Part shown: one piece after another, positions 39,073-49,215 of the stretch
Layout: the number at the start of each line of letters is the position of its first letter
Position numbering within the stretch: the first letter of the stretch is position 1
Assembly: GCA_964397195.1 (NCBI GenBank)
Contig: CAYNGY010000001.1
Span: 269,415 to 333,414, forward strand
Reading direction: 5' to 3'
Origin: an uncultured Gammaproteobacteria bacterium
GTDB taxonomy: Bacteria > Patescibacteriota > Patescibacteriia > SBBC01 > CAIJZX01
DNA length: 64,000 nucleotides
Translations under genes and position numbers: made by a program
The notes under the pieces: model-generated
What the model was told of the DNA's origin: nothing
What the model saw: the letters and a program-made list of their open reading frames with translations, nothing else
The model's database searches: none

Positions 39073-39109
39073 CCCCGATCCCTAGCAAGGATCCGGGGTT
39101 TTCTTTTTT
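39073..39109 (+). terminator. rho-independent terminator
   Basis: CCCCGATCC...GGATCCGGGG hairpin followed by TTTTCTTTTTT. Confidence 0.75.
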
Positions 39110-39220
39110 ATCCTAGTTATTTTTGACAGCCGCCCGGGTTCAAGCCAGAGACTAGGGTTTTGAGTTTATCCACAATCAAGGTATACTAGGCAGGTATTTT
39201 AGCTAAGAATAGGGGATAAA

Positions 39221-39249
39221 TTGACATTCGGTTTTTCTTCGGGTAAGAT
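39221..39249 (+). promoter_or_regulatory. sigma70-type promoter of the R-M methyltransferase
   Basis: TTGACA, 17-bp spacer, TAAGAT. Confidence 0.55.
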
Positions 39250-39255
39250 TGAGAC

Positions 39256-40059
39256 ATGGCTACAAAAAAGGTAAAGGAATTTCGGTATTTCGACCAACCC
39301 GATTTTCGGCTGTATAAGGGTGATTGTATTGAAGTTCTCAATGGTCTAAAAGAAAACTATTTTGATATGATCTTCGCCGATCCGCCGTACATGTTATCGA
39401 ACGGTGGGTTTACGGTTCACGCTGGAAAACGCGTCAGCGTAAATAAAGGAAAATGGGATGAAAGCAAGGGGGCAAAAGAAGATTTTGAGTTTCACGAAAA
39501 ATGGATTGCAGCCTGTCGCCGAGTCCTCAAACCCGATGGCACTATTTGGATTAGTGGGACCTATCATTCAATATATGCCTGTGGGTTCGCACTTCAACTG
39601 CAGGGTTTCAAGATCCTTAATGACATCGCTTGGTTTAAGCCCAACGCGAGTCCGAACTTGAGTGGCAGGTATTTTACCGCTAGTCATGAAACTTTGATCT
39701 GGGCGAGGAAGGATCCAAAGGCGAAGCATACCTTCAATTATAAGCTAATGAAAACCGGCGACTGGAACGGTGATTTTCTGAAGAATCCAGGCAAACAAAT
39801 GCGGAGTGTTTGGGCAATCGGGACGCCCAAGGCGGCTGAAAAGACTTTCGGGAAACACCCGACGCAAAAATCTTTAGCATTACTAGAGCGCATTGTTCTG
39901 GCTTCAACCAACAAAGGGGCGAGAATTCTTGATCCATTTTCGGGAAGCTCAACGACTGGGATAGCGGCCGTGAAACATGGTCGGGAGTTTGTTGGGGTTG
40001 ATATTGACCATAAATTTTTATCACTTTCAAAAATGCGTTATCAAGCCGAGAAAGGTTAA
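39256..40059 (+). CDS. type II DNA methyltransferase, beta-class N6-adenine/N4-cytosine (DPPY)
   Basis: 267 aa; motif IV DPPY precedes motif I LDPFSGSSTTG (beta-class order); AT-rich segment. Confidence 0.85.
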   Translation: MATKKVKEFRYFDQPDFRLYKGDCIEVLNGLKENYFDMIFADPPYMLSNGGFTVHAGKRVSVNKGKWDESKGAKEDFEFHEKWIAACRRVLKPDGTIWISGTYHSIYACGFALQLQGFKILNDIAWFKPNASPNLSGRYFTASHETLIWARKDPKAKHTFNYKLMKTGDWNGDFLKNPGKQMRSVWAIGTPKAAEKTFGKHPTQKSLALLERIVLASTNKGARILDPFSGSSTTGIAAVKHGREFVGVDIDHKFLSLSKMRYQAEKG

Positions 40060-40063
40060 TATT

Positions 40064-40546
40064 ATGTCTGCCACGTACGCCGCCGCTCAAGGGTCGGTTC
40101 TCGAACAGCAGGTTCGCAGTGTTCTCGGACAAAAAGGATTTCAACTGGAAAGATACTCGGCCTGGTTGAAGAACCCAATGATCGGGGACGAATTGTTGCT
40201 TACAAATGCGCCATTCACAACCATCTACAAGCATTCCGGACATACGGAGTTCTTGTTAGTATCAAAGAAATATAACATCCATACACGAATCGAATGTAAA
40301 TGGCAGCAATCCGCAGGCTCAGTGGACGAGAAGCTGCCGTATCTTTACCTGAACGCAATTGAACAAATGCCGGAAGAAGATATTATTATTCTTATTGATG
40401 GAAAAGGTTGGAAGCCGGGCGCAATACAATGGCTTAAGGATGCGATCCGTGAGAAAAAATATGTTGTTGGTATTACAAAAACCAAGAACATCCAGGTATT
40501 AGATCTGCAGGGATTCATTGCGTGGGCTAACAAGACATTCCGGTAG
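40064..40546 (+). CDS. putative type II restriction endonuclease (PD-(D/E)XK-like)
   Basis: About 160 aa directly after the MTase on the same strand in the AT-rich island; candidate E-x-K in TRIECKWQQ; no other detectable similarity, as usual for REases. Confidence 0.5.
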   Translation: MSATYAAAQGSVLEQQVRSVLGQKGFQLERYSAWLKNPMIGDELLLTNAPFTTIYKHSGHTEFLLVSKKYNIHTRIECKWQQSAGSVDEKLPYLYLNAIEQMPEEDIIILIDGKGWKPGAIQWLKDAIREKKYVVGITKTKNIQVLDLQGFIAWANKTFR

Positions 40547-40680
40547 CTTGACTTTTTGTTACCGAAAGAGTAAAGCAAGAGTAGATCGTTCGTTACGAGT
40601 GTCACACGCGTAACGACGTTCGGGAAGCGATCTTTCAACCCGGGGACAGTCCATGTCTCCACACCCACGCGAGGGACACG

Positions 40681-40878
40681 ATGATCATCCTCGAAGTCAT
40701 TGGTGCAGTGATCGGGGCGGCGCTGTTTCTGGCGCTGATCTTGGTGGTATTGCTATTGAACTACGGCGGCCGCCAGTGCAATAAGTGCGGCTCGCGAAGC
40801 ATCAAGTGGTGGACGCTCAGCTCGGGCGACTACCGCTGTGTCTGCAAGGACTGCGGACACCGGTGGGACGAGCACTAG
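40681..40878 (+). CDS. small membrane-anchored zinc-ribbon protein
   Basis: 65 aa, N-terminal TM, CNKCG...CVCKDCGH. Confidence 0.5.
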   Translation: MIILEVIGAVIGAALFLALILVVLLLNYGGRQCNKCGSRSIKWWTLSSGDYRCVCKDCGHRWDEH

Positions 40879-41010
40879 GTACCCTGCACCACGTGTGGGG
40901 TTTTACATTTGCGCTAAAAACAAAAGATGATCAGCAGTGAGCCCGCGACAGGAGAACAGTGTTTTCGGCGGGCGCTTTTGTCATGCACAATAGACACACC
41001 CGGCGACGAC

Positions 41011-41982
41011 ATGGTAGGATACCGCCTCATGCGAAAGACACATGGGATAATGCTCGGATCGATTCTCGGCCTCGTGGCGATTGGGGTCGTGATTGGGGTT
41101 GTCGTTGAACAGCGGAAGAACGCGGCCGTCACGGATGACCTGAGATATGTAAACGAGATAAACCTCAGTAATGAATTTGCCGCGGATGCAGAAGGTATAA
41201 ATGATTTGCTCATCTCGGACGACGTCAACAACACGGTGAACGCCGCCGAAAATAGCAATGTGAACAGTGCGGTTGTGAATTCTGCTACGGTCAATACCAA
41301 CGTTCGCGTCAACACCAATACGACGGCCAAGCCAAAGAACACCAACGTCGCGACCAATAAGAATACGAACACCGCCGCTAACAAAAACACCAACGTCGCG
41401 GTGAATCACAATACGAATACGACCACGAACACGTCGACTAATACGAGCGCGAATACGAACAGCACCAATACAAATACATCGCTGCCCCCGGCTCCGGGTG
41501 AAATTCGCTTTTCCGCCTATACGACCGGGTACGGCTGGCCAGACAATACGCCGCCGGGCGGAGCGGTCTCGAATCCGGTCATCCATTCGAGCGCCGGCGG
41601 AACGGGAACATACAGCGACCCGATTACCCTCGCTGTGGGGCATAGTATTATCAGCGGACAGGATTACCTCGACTACCCGGCCGGCACGAAGTTTTACATC
41701 CCCGCGCTGCGGCGATACTTTATCGTCGAAGACACCTGCGGCGACGGGAACGCGCCGCAAAATGGGCCGTGCCACACCAGCGATGATCCGAACCATCCGC
41801 AGCTTGACCTTTGGGTCGGGGGACAAGGAGCGGCGTCCGCGGCGGTGTTTAGCTGCGAGTCAGCTATTACCGAGGTCCACCTCGTCATTCAACATCCGGC
41901 GTCGACCTATCGCGTTGTCAGTGGGCCGATCTATTCGGGGACCTGCTCGGCGCTCTACGGCGATACGGTGCTAGCCCAATAA
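41011..41982 (+). CDS. membrane-anchored protein with Asn/Thr-rich linker and C-terminal 3D/RlpA-like (DPBB) domain
   Basis: TM, then an NTN-repeat low-complexity region, then C-terminal GTKFYIP...VEDTCGDG... resembling 3D-domain motifs; start ambiguous (41011 or 41029). Confidence 0.5.
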   Translation: MVGYRLMRKTHGIMLGSILGLVAIGVVIGVVVEQRKNAAVTDDLRYVNEINLSNEFAADAEGINDLLISDDVNNTVNAAENSNVNSAVVNSATVNTNVRVNTNTTAKPKNTNVATNKNTNTAANKNTNVAVNHNTNTTTNTSTNTSANTNSTNTNTSLPPAPGEIRFSAYTTGYGWPDNTPPGGAVSNPVIHSSAGGTGTYSDPITLAVGHSIISGQDYLDYPAGTKFYIPALRRYFIVEDTCGDGNAPQNGPCHTSDDPNHPQLDLWVGGQGAASAAVFSCESAITEVHLVIQHPASTYRVVSGPIYSGTCSALYGDTVLAQ

Positions 41983-42033
41983 CACATCCCGCTCGATGGC
42001 GTGACGTCGGTCCGGAGGCGAGTTTTTGTATCC

Positions 42034-44409
42034 CTAGACGTCGAGCGGATTCGGAACCGACGTTTGCGGAACGGCCTCGCTGAGGAGCTGGAGATGGAAG
42101 GCATGCGCGTCGCCGCGTTTGCGAACTTTGTTCCAGAGCGGAGTGGCACCCTCAATGGCTTTGATCACGCTGCGCCAGACAACCAAGGCGATCACAATCC
42201 GGTAGAAGATACGTTGGAGTGGGAGGAGGACAATCAGCCAGCGTTTCCCGCGCTCCGGATATAAGGCGAGACCGGCGTAGAGCAGGTCAATCGCGGTAAA
42301 AATCAGGTAGACAATGAAAGCCGATTGACCGGAACCGGTGATGATCGCGAGGATGAGCAGGAAGTCCATCAGTGGGACGAGGAGCGAGATCAAAACGGTA
42401 AAGATCAAGGTATTCGGGAGGACAACCCAGCCCAGTGCCGGTCGCTCAAAGCTCAAAAAGTGGCGTTTGTATTTCCACAGGCACTGGACCGTGCCGAAAA
42501 TCCATCGCGAGCGTTGCTTAATAAAATCCTTCAGGTGGAACGGCGTTTCGCTGTAGGCATAGGCTTGCGACTCATAGACGATGCGATGGCCGGCGGCGAG
42601 GAGCGCCAAGGTCAGGTCCTGGTCTTCGACGAGTGTATCGAGACTGAAACCCCCGGCGGCTAGGACGAATGAACGGCGCCAGGCCCCAACCGGTCCGGGC
42701 ACGACGCCGATAGCGTTTATTTCATTAAAGGCGCGCTTGTCCATGTTCTGCGTGATGATGTACTCGGCCGACTGGAAGACGTTGAGAATATTTCGCGACC
42801 GCGTAGCGCAGACGCGACCAGCCACGGCCGCTACGGACGGATCATGAAAATGACGAACGAGGCGGGCGATGGTGTACCGATCAAAAATAGTGTCGCCATC
42901 CATGAAGACGATCACCTCGGTCTTGGCTAAATGTAAACTATGGTTTAATGCACGGGCCTTGCCGCCGTTTTTCAGGTTGACGAGGCGAACACGTCGGTCA
43001 TGGCGGTCCTTGATGATTCCTCGGACAATCTCGGCGGTCTTGTCTTTCGAGCCGTCGTTGACGACCAAGATCTTGAGGTGTTCGTAGGTACTATTGAGGA
43101 CGCTGGTAATCGTCGCGCCGATATTATCTTCCTCGTTGTAGGCGGGAATGACGACGGTGACCGGCTTGGTCCAGGCCGACGGCCGAGCGTACCCATTGAC
43201 GGCAGCCACGCCGCGGAAGAGCAGGGTCATGATCAACCGTACGAGTACTAACAAGATGACGATCCGGGTGATCCAAATAACCGTCGTGGCAATCGCCGGC
43301 GCGAGGCTAATGTAGACGCGTGACGCATCAGAGAAGAGGAAGACCGTATTCGTTTGGTGGGAAGGGAGCGGTTGGTACATGGTGGCCGTAATCGCATCGG
43401 CGATTGACATCCGAGTGGTCCGGTCGACCACGCGTTTGGTATCCGGGAGATTGTGTGTGACCTGCCAGTCGACGACGGCGGCTTGCGTCGATGCGCCGTA
43501 GGTCCCGCCACGGTCAACAATCGAATAGCCGCTCATAATCATGAATTGCTGCAGGGCGGTGACGGAGCCGTCAGTTTTCGCATCGGTCGCGCCGGGTACG
43601 AGATCTTGGGTGATCGCCATTTTTTTGGCCGCATCGAGGCCGAGGAGGTCTGAAGCGGTGGTGAACCGATACCCACGGGCGCGAAGCTCGTGGATTATGT
43701 CGGTCAGCGCGGCGATCGTATAGCGTTCGCTGCTCCCATCGTGCAAGAGAATGATATGCCCGCCACCCTTCATCTTTTCCAGCAAGGCGTCAACATTCTG
43801 TTTCGGAGAGGTCGCGACCCAATCTTTCGGGTCGACGTCTGCGCCGACAACCACGTACCCATTTTGCAGGGCCCAGTACAATTGCGGTTGCGATCCCGTC
43901 GGGGCGGTGGTAGGGTCGCTGCCAATATCGAGGAGATATGGGGGCCGGTAGAGCCGGATCGGTTGGCGGGTAATCGTTTCAATGATCGTATCGGTCAGGT
44001 TGAGCTCGAGTCGTAACCGCCAGTTTGAAGACTGGGCTGTTTGGGAGTGCGTGAAGCTGTGATTGCCGATTTCAAAGCCGTTCTCGGCCGCTTTTTTAAC
44101 AAGGGCCGGGTAACGCAGCGCCCGCGAGCCAATAAAAAAGAAGGTGGCCGGAACCTGCTCTCGTTTTAGCACGTCCATGATCGCTTCGGTGCGACCGGGC
44201 GAAGGGCCGTCATCAAAAGTCAGCGCCACGACCTTCGCGGCGCCGACATTATTGTAGTAATAGTTAATATTGACCTGCGCTGGTGGTCGATTGCTCGTCA
44301 GGAGGCCATAACTGAAATCGGCGACGAGAAAGATACTCAGGGCCAAAACAACGCCAACGATTCCACGAAAGATGAACTTACGAAAACGTCGCTGATTATG
44401 GAAAATCAT
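42034..44409 (-). CDS. bifunctional polysaccharide deacetylase (NodB/PgaB-like) / family-2 glycosyltransferase (PgaC/IcaA-like synthase)
   Basis: N-terminal TM, NodB motifs (TFDDGP, HSFTHS), a PG-binding-like segment, then a GT2 domain (VIPAYNEE, DGDT, QRSRW-type QxxRW) with C-terminal TMs. Confidence 0.8.
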   Translation of the reverse strand: MIFHNQRRFRKFIFRGIVGVVLALSIFLVADFSYGLLTSNRPPAQVNINYYYNNVGAAKVVALTFDDGPSPGRTEAIMDVLKREQVPATFFFIGSRALRYPALVKKAAENGFEIGNHSFTHSQTAQSSNWRLRLELNLTDTIIETITRQPIRLYRPPYLLDIGSDPTTAPTGSQPQLYWALQNGYVVVGADVDPKDWVATSPKQNVDALLEKMKGGGHIILLHDGSSERYTIAALTDIIHELRARGYRFTTASDLLGLDAAKKMAITQDLVPGATDAKTDGSVTALQQFMIMSGYSIVDRGGTYGASTQAAVVDWQVTHNLPDTKRVVDRTTRMSIADAITATMYQPLPSHQTNTVFLFSDASRVYISLAPAIATTVIWITRIVILLVLVRLIMTLLFRGVAAVNGYARPSAWTKPVTVVIPAYNEEDNIGATITSVLNSTYEHLKILVVNDGSKDKTAEIVRGIIKDRHDRRVRLVNLKNGGKARALNHSLHLAKTEVIVFMDGDTIFDRYTIARLVRHFHDPSVAAVAGRVCATRSRNILNVFQSAEYIITQNMDKRAFNEINAIGVVPGPVGAWRRSFVLAAGGFSLDTLVEDQDLTLALLAAGHRIVYESQAYAYSETPFHLKDFIKQRSRWIFGTVQCLWKYKRHFLSFERPALGWVVLPNTLIFTVLISLLVPLMDFLLILAIITGSGQSAFIVYLIFTAIDLLYAGLALYPERGKRWLIVLLPLQRIFYRIVIALVVWRSVIKAIEGATPLWNKVRKRGDAHAFHLQLLSEAVPQTSVPNPLDV

Positions 44410-44776
44410 GGGGGAAAATCTTTGGCGGTGACAAGGACTCGACTGTGCGGGCCGCAATTTTCCCTGTATTTAGCTCCGGTGTCAAGTTCGTTTGGATGGT
44501 CAAGTTGGGGACAAGTTTTTTGGCCACAACCAAAAGGGCAAATGGAACAATTCATCCCCAACTTATTTGTTGACAGGGGAGCCGGCCATATGGTTAGCTA
44601 ATATCCGCGCAATTCGTAAAGACCGAAAAGAAAACGATCCTTTCCCATTGTCTGGACCTCAACGGAACGTCATGCGTTTAGGAGGATCTATGAGAACCGT
44701 CCCATTTCGGCGGTCCTTTTTTCGGTATTTTCACTCGTCGTATATTATCTGGTCATAAAAAAATAATTCCATCATT

Positions 44777-47700
44777 ATGCAGAGCAAGTTCTCAATCGGC
44801 TGGAGAGTGCCGAACCGAAAAACCACCCGCCAGCGTTCGTGGCGCACCCTAAATGCGATCGTGGCGGTCTCGGTATTGGTCAACGTCTGTGGCTTTGGCC
44901 TGTTTGGGGCACCACAAGCGGCCGCGGCGCTTGATTCGGGTGCGATTGCGCCGAACCAGACACTGGTGTCGAATGCGGTCACCAGCCCAGATAATGCGTG
45001 GGTTTCCGACAATAATCGTGCCATATTTGGTGCCAGCACCGACACGGCAGATTATGGCTTCGCGAATATCGGCGTGCCGGTTGGCGCCACGATCACTGGT
45101 ATTCAGGTGACGTTGGAAGGGTTGCATTCATCGGGGTTTAACGCGCGTACCCTTACGACAGCACTTTGGAATACGTCGGGGAGCACACCGGACGCGTACA
45201 CGACGGTAAAAACAGCCTCGTCGATGTCGACGAGCTCAAACGACAACGTCAGCACGTTGGGTGGCGCGTCTGATCTGTGGGGCAAAACATGGACCGATGC
45301 TGACTTTGCCAGTGGTACCTTCAAATTGCGGATTGGTGTCAGCGGCTCCAACGGCAGCGCCCAACTCGATCAAGTACTGATCAAAGTGTATTTTACACCG
45401 GCCTGTGCATTAGCTACCCAGGGCAACCAGGTGAGTAACGGCGATTTTGAGATCGCCAGCGGCGATCCAACACTGCCGATGGACTGGGTGCCCGGCTACT
45501 TCGACCCCCTCAATATTACGCCAACCTTTACCTATCCGGTGGCCGGTAACCCTGGCAAGGCGGCGAACGTTCAAGTTTCTGCCTACACGGCGGCTTCTGG
45601 TGAAGAGGCGAAGTGGCTCTTTACCCCGGTCACGACCTGCCCGGGCAAAACGTTTGATATTTCCATCGGCTACACCTCAAACGTTCTGACGAGCGTCTGG
45701 GTGGCGTACCAAATGTCGAATGGAACGACGCCGAATCCAGAATGGGTCGCTGATGCGCCGGCCAGTGCGGCGTGGTCCACCGTGACAGGTCAAATAACCA
45801 TTCCGGCCGGAGTCGCGAGCTTTCAGGTCTTCCAGTCGCTGGCCGCCGTCGGTTCGCTAACGATTGATGCCGTCTCGGTCAAACCGCTCGTGCCGTTCCC
45901 CGAAGGGATGGTGACGCTCAATTTCGATGATACCTTCGCGAGCCAATATACCGTCGCCCCGCCAATCCTCAGCGCCGCGAACCTGAAGGCCAGCTTCTTC
46001 GCGATCACCGATTCGTCCGTTGGTATCGGATCGGACAGCAACTATATGACCTGGGCGAATGTGGCGGCACTGAATGCAGCTGGCCATGAAATCGGTGCTC
46101 ACACTCGGACGCACCCCGACTTAAGTCTCCTGACACCAGAACAGGCGCAGATTGAAATTGCTGGCTCGAAGACGGATTTAGTAAATCACGGTCTGACGCC
46201 AACCACCTTTGTGTATCCGTATGGCGTCTATAACGCCGCCATCATCCAGATGGTCAAAGATGCTGGATTCACGAGCGCCCGAAGCGTGGTTCGTGGTTTC
46301 AACTACCGAACATCGAATAAGTACGCCCTCCTTGATCAGCAAATCATCAACACGACCACGGTCGCCGAAGTTCAAGGTTGGATTGATCAAGCCAAAGCCA
46401 ATAAAACGTGGCTGATTCTTGAGCTCCATGAGCAGACCTCGACACCGGGTCCTGACACTGGCGTGTACTACAACACACCGACGCGATTGCAGGAAATCGT
46501 CACCGCGATTAAGAATAGCGGCATCAAGGTGGTGACGCAATCCGAGGGGACGACCTTAATCAATCCGGTGATCACGGTGGCGCCGTACGTGTTGACGCCA
46601 ACGAATCAAGATATCACCGTGACCGCCACGACAGATTCGGGCACGCTCAACGCGACGTCGCACCTATTTACTGCTAATGGATCGTTTGATTTTATCGCGA
46701 CGGATGAGAACGGGAATTCGACGACAAAAACGGTCACCATTACCAATATCGATAAGGTTGCGCCGGTGGTGACTATTGCGCCGTACACATTGACGCCGAC
46801 CAATCAAGACATCACCGTCGCGGCCAGCACAAACGAGGGGACGCTGAATACCACCTCACATGTCTTTACGGTCAATAGCGCTTTCGACTTCATCGCGACC
46901 GATGCAGCCGGGAATGTGACCACCCAGGCCGTGACCGTGACGAACATTGATAAAACAGCGCCGATTATTACGCTCGATCCTTACAATACGGCGCTGACGA
47001 ATAGCGATATTACCGTCACGGCGCATACGAATGAAGGAACGCTCAATGTGGCCTCGCACACGTTCACGCTGAACGGCTCGTTTGATTTCGTGGCGACTGA
47101 TGCAGCCGGGAATGTGACCACCCAGACCGTGACGATCAATAATATCGATCGCATCGCGCCCGCTGGCACCATCTCGTACAACACCACGGCGCCGACCAAT
47201 GGCCACGTCGTGGCCACCCTGCTCCCAAACAAGTCCGTGACCGTGACGAATAACGGTGGCTTGTTCACCCATGTGTTCACCACGAACGGGAGCTTTACGT
47301 TCACCTTCGTCGATGAGGCAAATAATACCGGATCGGCGATGGCGATTGTCTCAAACATTGATACGACCGCCCCGGTCATCACATTGACGCCATACAATAC
47401 CGCCCCGACAAATACTGATATCACGGTCTTTGCCACGACAAACGAGGGCTCACTCAACGCGACGGCACATACGTTTAGTGCGAACGGCGCCTTCACCTTC
47501 GTGGCGACGGATGCGGCCGGTAATAGCACGTCTCAGGCGGTGACGATCAGCAATCTGAACAAGGTCAAGCCGGTGATCACCCTGATCGGGTCAGCTACCA
47601 TCACTCTGACAAAAGGCGCGGCCTATAGCGATGCTGGCGCGACGGCGACTGATGATGTCGATGGCGATATCTCGATCAAGATGACGGCTGAGAACTCGGT

Positions 47701-48394
47701 GAACACGGCGGTTGTCGGGACCTATGCTGTCCGCTACACCGTGACCGATTCCGCCGGCAACGTAGCCGATCCAGTCACTCGGACGGTGAACGTGGAGGCT
47801 GCCCCGCAAGTGCTAGGCGCCACAACCTTCCACCCGATCATCAAAACGATCAAGCCGGTTAAAGGTGTGTACTCGTACAAGCTGAACGGGAAGACGATCA
47901 AGATTCAGCCGTTCGGTTCAGACTATAAAGGTGTGGTGTGGGGACGGAGCATCGACTTCGGAACGAGTGGCAAGATTTATGTCTTCCTGAATGCCGGTGC
48001 CTATAAGAAAGGCCAGATCAAGGTGTACCAAGCCAACGGGAAGCTCTTAAAGAGCTACAGTCCGTACGGTGGGTTTGCCCTGAGTGGCCTGAACGCTTCC
48101 ATCGTTTCGGAATCAAACGATCAAGTCTATCTCGTGGTGGGGACGCTCCGCGCCGGGACGACCGTCAAGACCTATCAGGTTACCGCCAAGAAGCTCACGG
48201 CGTTGAATGGACTCGTGACGACGACCAAATCCGGAAATGTCCAAGTGAGTTTCCAAAAGCTGTATAAAGGCCAGTATGGTCTGGTGACGATGAAGCTCGG
48301 CGATCGCAAGACATTGAAAGTCTGGAAACTGAATTTCACGACCAAAAAGTTTGTCGAAGATAAGAAAATCAGCAAAACGAAGCTGAAAATCTAA
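44777..48394 (+). CDS. large (1205 aa) secreted surface protein with NodB-like deacetylase domain and tandem Ig-like repeats
   Basis: Signal peptide; NodB-like block (VTLNFDDTF...HTRTHPDL); five about 75-aa repeats; C-terminal DUF5011/HYR-like Ig domain. Confidence 0.8.
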   Translation: MQSKFSIGWRVPNRKTTRQRSWRTLNAIVAVSVLVNVCGFGLFGAPQAAAALDSGAIAPNQTLVSNAVTSPDNAWVSDNNRAIFGASTDTADYGFANIGVPVGATITGIQVTLEGLHSSGFNARTLTTALWNTSGSTPDAYTTVKTASSMSTSSNDNVSTLGGASDLWGKTWTDADFASGTFKLRIGVSGSNGSAQLDQVLIKVYFTPACALATQGNQVSNGDFEIASGDPTLPMDWVPGYFDPLNITPTFTYPVAGNPGKAANVQVSAYTAASGEEAKWLFTPVTTCPGKTFDISIGYTSNVLTSVWVAYQMSNGTTPNPEWVADAPASAAWSTVTGQITIPAGVASFQVFQSLAAVGSLTIDAVSVKPLVPFPEGMVTLNFDDTFASQYTVAPPILSAANLKASFFAITDSSVGIGSDSNYMTWANVAALNAAGHEIGAHTRTHPDLSLLTPEQAQIEIAGSKTDLVNHGLTPTTFVYPYGVYNAAIIQMVKDAGFTSARSVVRGFNYRTSNKYALLDQQIINTTTVAEVQGWIDQAKANKTWLILELHEQTSTPGPDTGVYYNTPTRLQEIVTAIKNSGIKVVTQSEGTTLINPVITVAPYVLTPTNQDITVTATTDSGTLNATSHLFTANGSFDFIATDENGNSTTKTVTITNIDKVAPVVTIAPYTLTPTNQDITVAASTNEGTLNTTSHVFTVNSAFDFIATDAAGNVTTQAVTVTNIDKTAPIITLDPYNTALTNSDITVTAHTNEGTLNVASHTFTLNGSFDFVATDAAGNVTTQTVTINNIDRIAPAGTISYNTTAPTNGHVVATLLPNKSVTVTNNGGLFTHVFTTNGSFTFTFVDEANNTGSAMAIVSNIDTTAPVITLTPYNTAPTNTDITVFATTNEGSLNATAHTFSANGAFTFVATDAAGNSTSQAVTISNLNKVKPVITLIGSATITLTKGAAYSDAGATATDDVDGDISIKMTAENSVNTAVVGTYAVRYTVTDSAGNVADPVTRTVNVEAAPQVLGATTFHPIIKTIKPVKGVYSYKLNGKTIKIQPFGSDYKGVVWGRSIDFGTSGKIYVFLNAGAYKKGQIKVYQANGKLLKSYSPYGGFALSGLNASIVSESNDQVYLVVGTLRAGTTVKTYQVTAKKLTALNGLVTTTKSGNVQVSFQKLYKGQYGLVTMKLGDRKTLKVWKLNFTTKKFVEDKKISKTKLKI
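46560..47580 (+). repeat. about 225-bp tandem repeats (5 copies) inside the surface-protein gene
   Basis: Repeating peptide unit PVVTIAPYTLTPTNQDITV.A.T.EGTLN.TSH.FT.N..FDF.ATDAAGN.TTQ.VT.TNIDK.AP read directly in the sequence. Confidence 0.85.
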
Positions 48395-48447
48395 AACTTT
48401 TGGTGCGAGAAGCCTCGTCGATTGGACGGGGCTTTTCGTTTCGCGCT

Positions 48448-49215
48448 ATGCTATGGTCAATGACTCTTGACGTCCGCCGGTCACATCCGCGCCGCAACAT
48501 GAAACGGCATCTTCCGACCGATACATTTCGCTACGATATTCATGTCCCGTCGAAATCGGTCGCGCGGATTCAACGAGCGATCTGGGCCGGGATTACCCAG
48601 GTGCGTGAGCAGACGGGCCTCACGACCGGCGTCCGGGTGAAGGTCTATATGATGACCGGGATCAATAAAAATCCGCTGCAGACGAATACACCGCTCGCCT
48701 GTTATGGATTTACGACGACGAATGGGATTTCATTCGGATTGGCGCCGAACTATCTTCGTTCCTGGCGGTTCCGACAGGGATTGGTGAGCTCGAGCATCCA
48801 CGAGTATACGCACTATCTGCGGTATAAACACCAGGTCGTCCAAGGCTCGCGGACAGTCCTAGCGGGGATGATCGAAGAAGGCATTGCTATCTATCTGGAA
48901 ACCGTGTTGAATTCGGCGCCGCTCTATATTGACCTCCGGATGCAAACGGAAAAAAACATGCTGATATATTGGGAGAAGCTTGAAGGTGTGCTTGGTCAGA
49001 TGGGTTCAAAAACACCGGCGGTCTTAAAAAACGAAACGTACCGGACGATTTATTACCGACTCGGTTTCGGGATTGTGGCCCAGTATATGAATGATCACCC
49101 GCGGCTAACACTCCGACACGTGGTGACGATGCCGCGACGCGCCCTCATCGCCTATGCGCGCCGTGGATATAGGGAACCGCAAACGACCGACGGTCGGAAG
49201 AGGACGGCGAGGTGA
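48448..49215 (+). CDS. hypothetical protein
   Basis: ORF after a hairpin following the surface-protein gene; start ambiguous (48448, 48460 or 48499). Confidence 0.5.
   Translation: MLWSMTLDVRRSHPRRNMKRHLPTDTFRYDIHVPSKSVARIQRAIWAGITQVREQTGLTTGVRVKVYMMTGINKNPLQTNTPLACYGFTTTNGISFGLAPNYLRSWRFRQGLVSSSIHEYTHYLRYKHQVVQGSRTVLAGMIEEGIAIYLETVLNSAPLYIDLRMQTEKNMLIYWEKLEGVLGQMGSKTPAVLKNETYRTIYYRLGFGIVAQYMNDHPRLTLRHVVTMPRRALIAYARRGYREPQTTDGRKRTAR

Noticed and set aside
40981-41826. 281-aa minus-strand ORF opposite the NT-rich/3D-domain gene
   Set aside because: It is antisense to an ORF with TM, low-complexity and domain structure. It is Arg-rich, as expected for the reverse frame of Asn/Thr-rich coding DNA.
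46981-47529. Minus-strand ORFs inside the tandem-repeat region of the large surface-protein gene
   Set aside because: They are repeat-generated antisense frames. The plus-strand reading frame is continuous for 1205 aa with a signal peptide.
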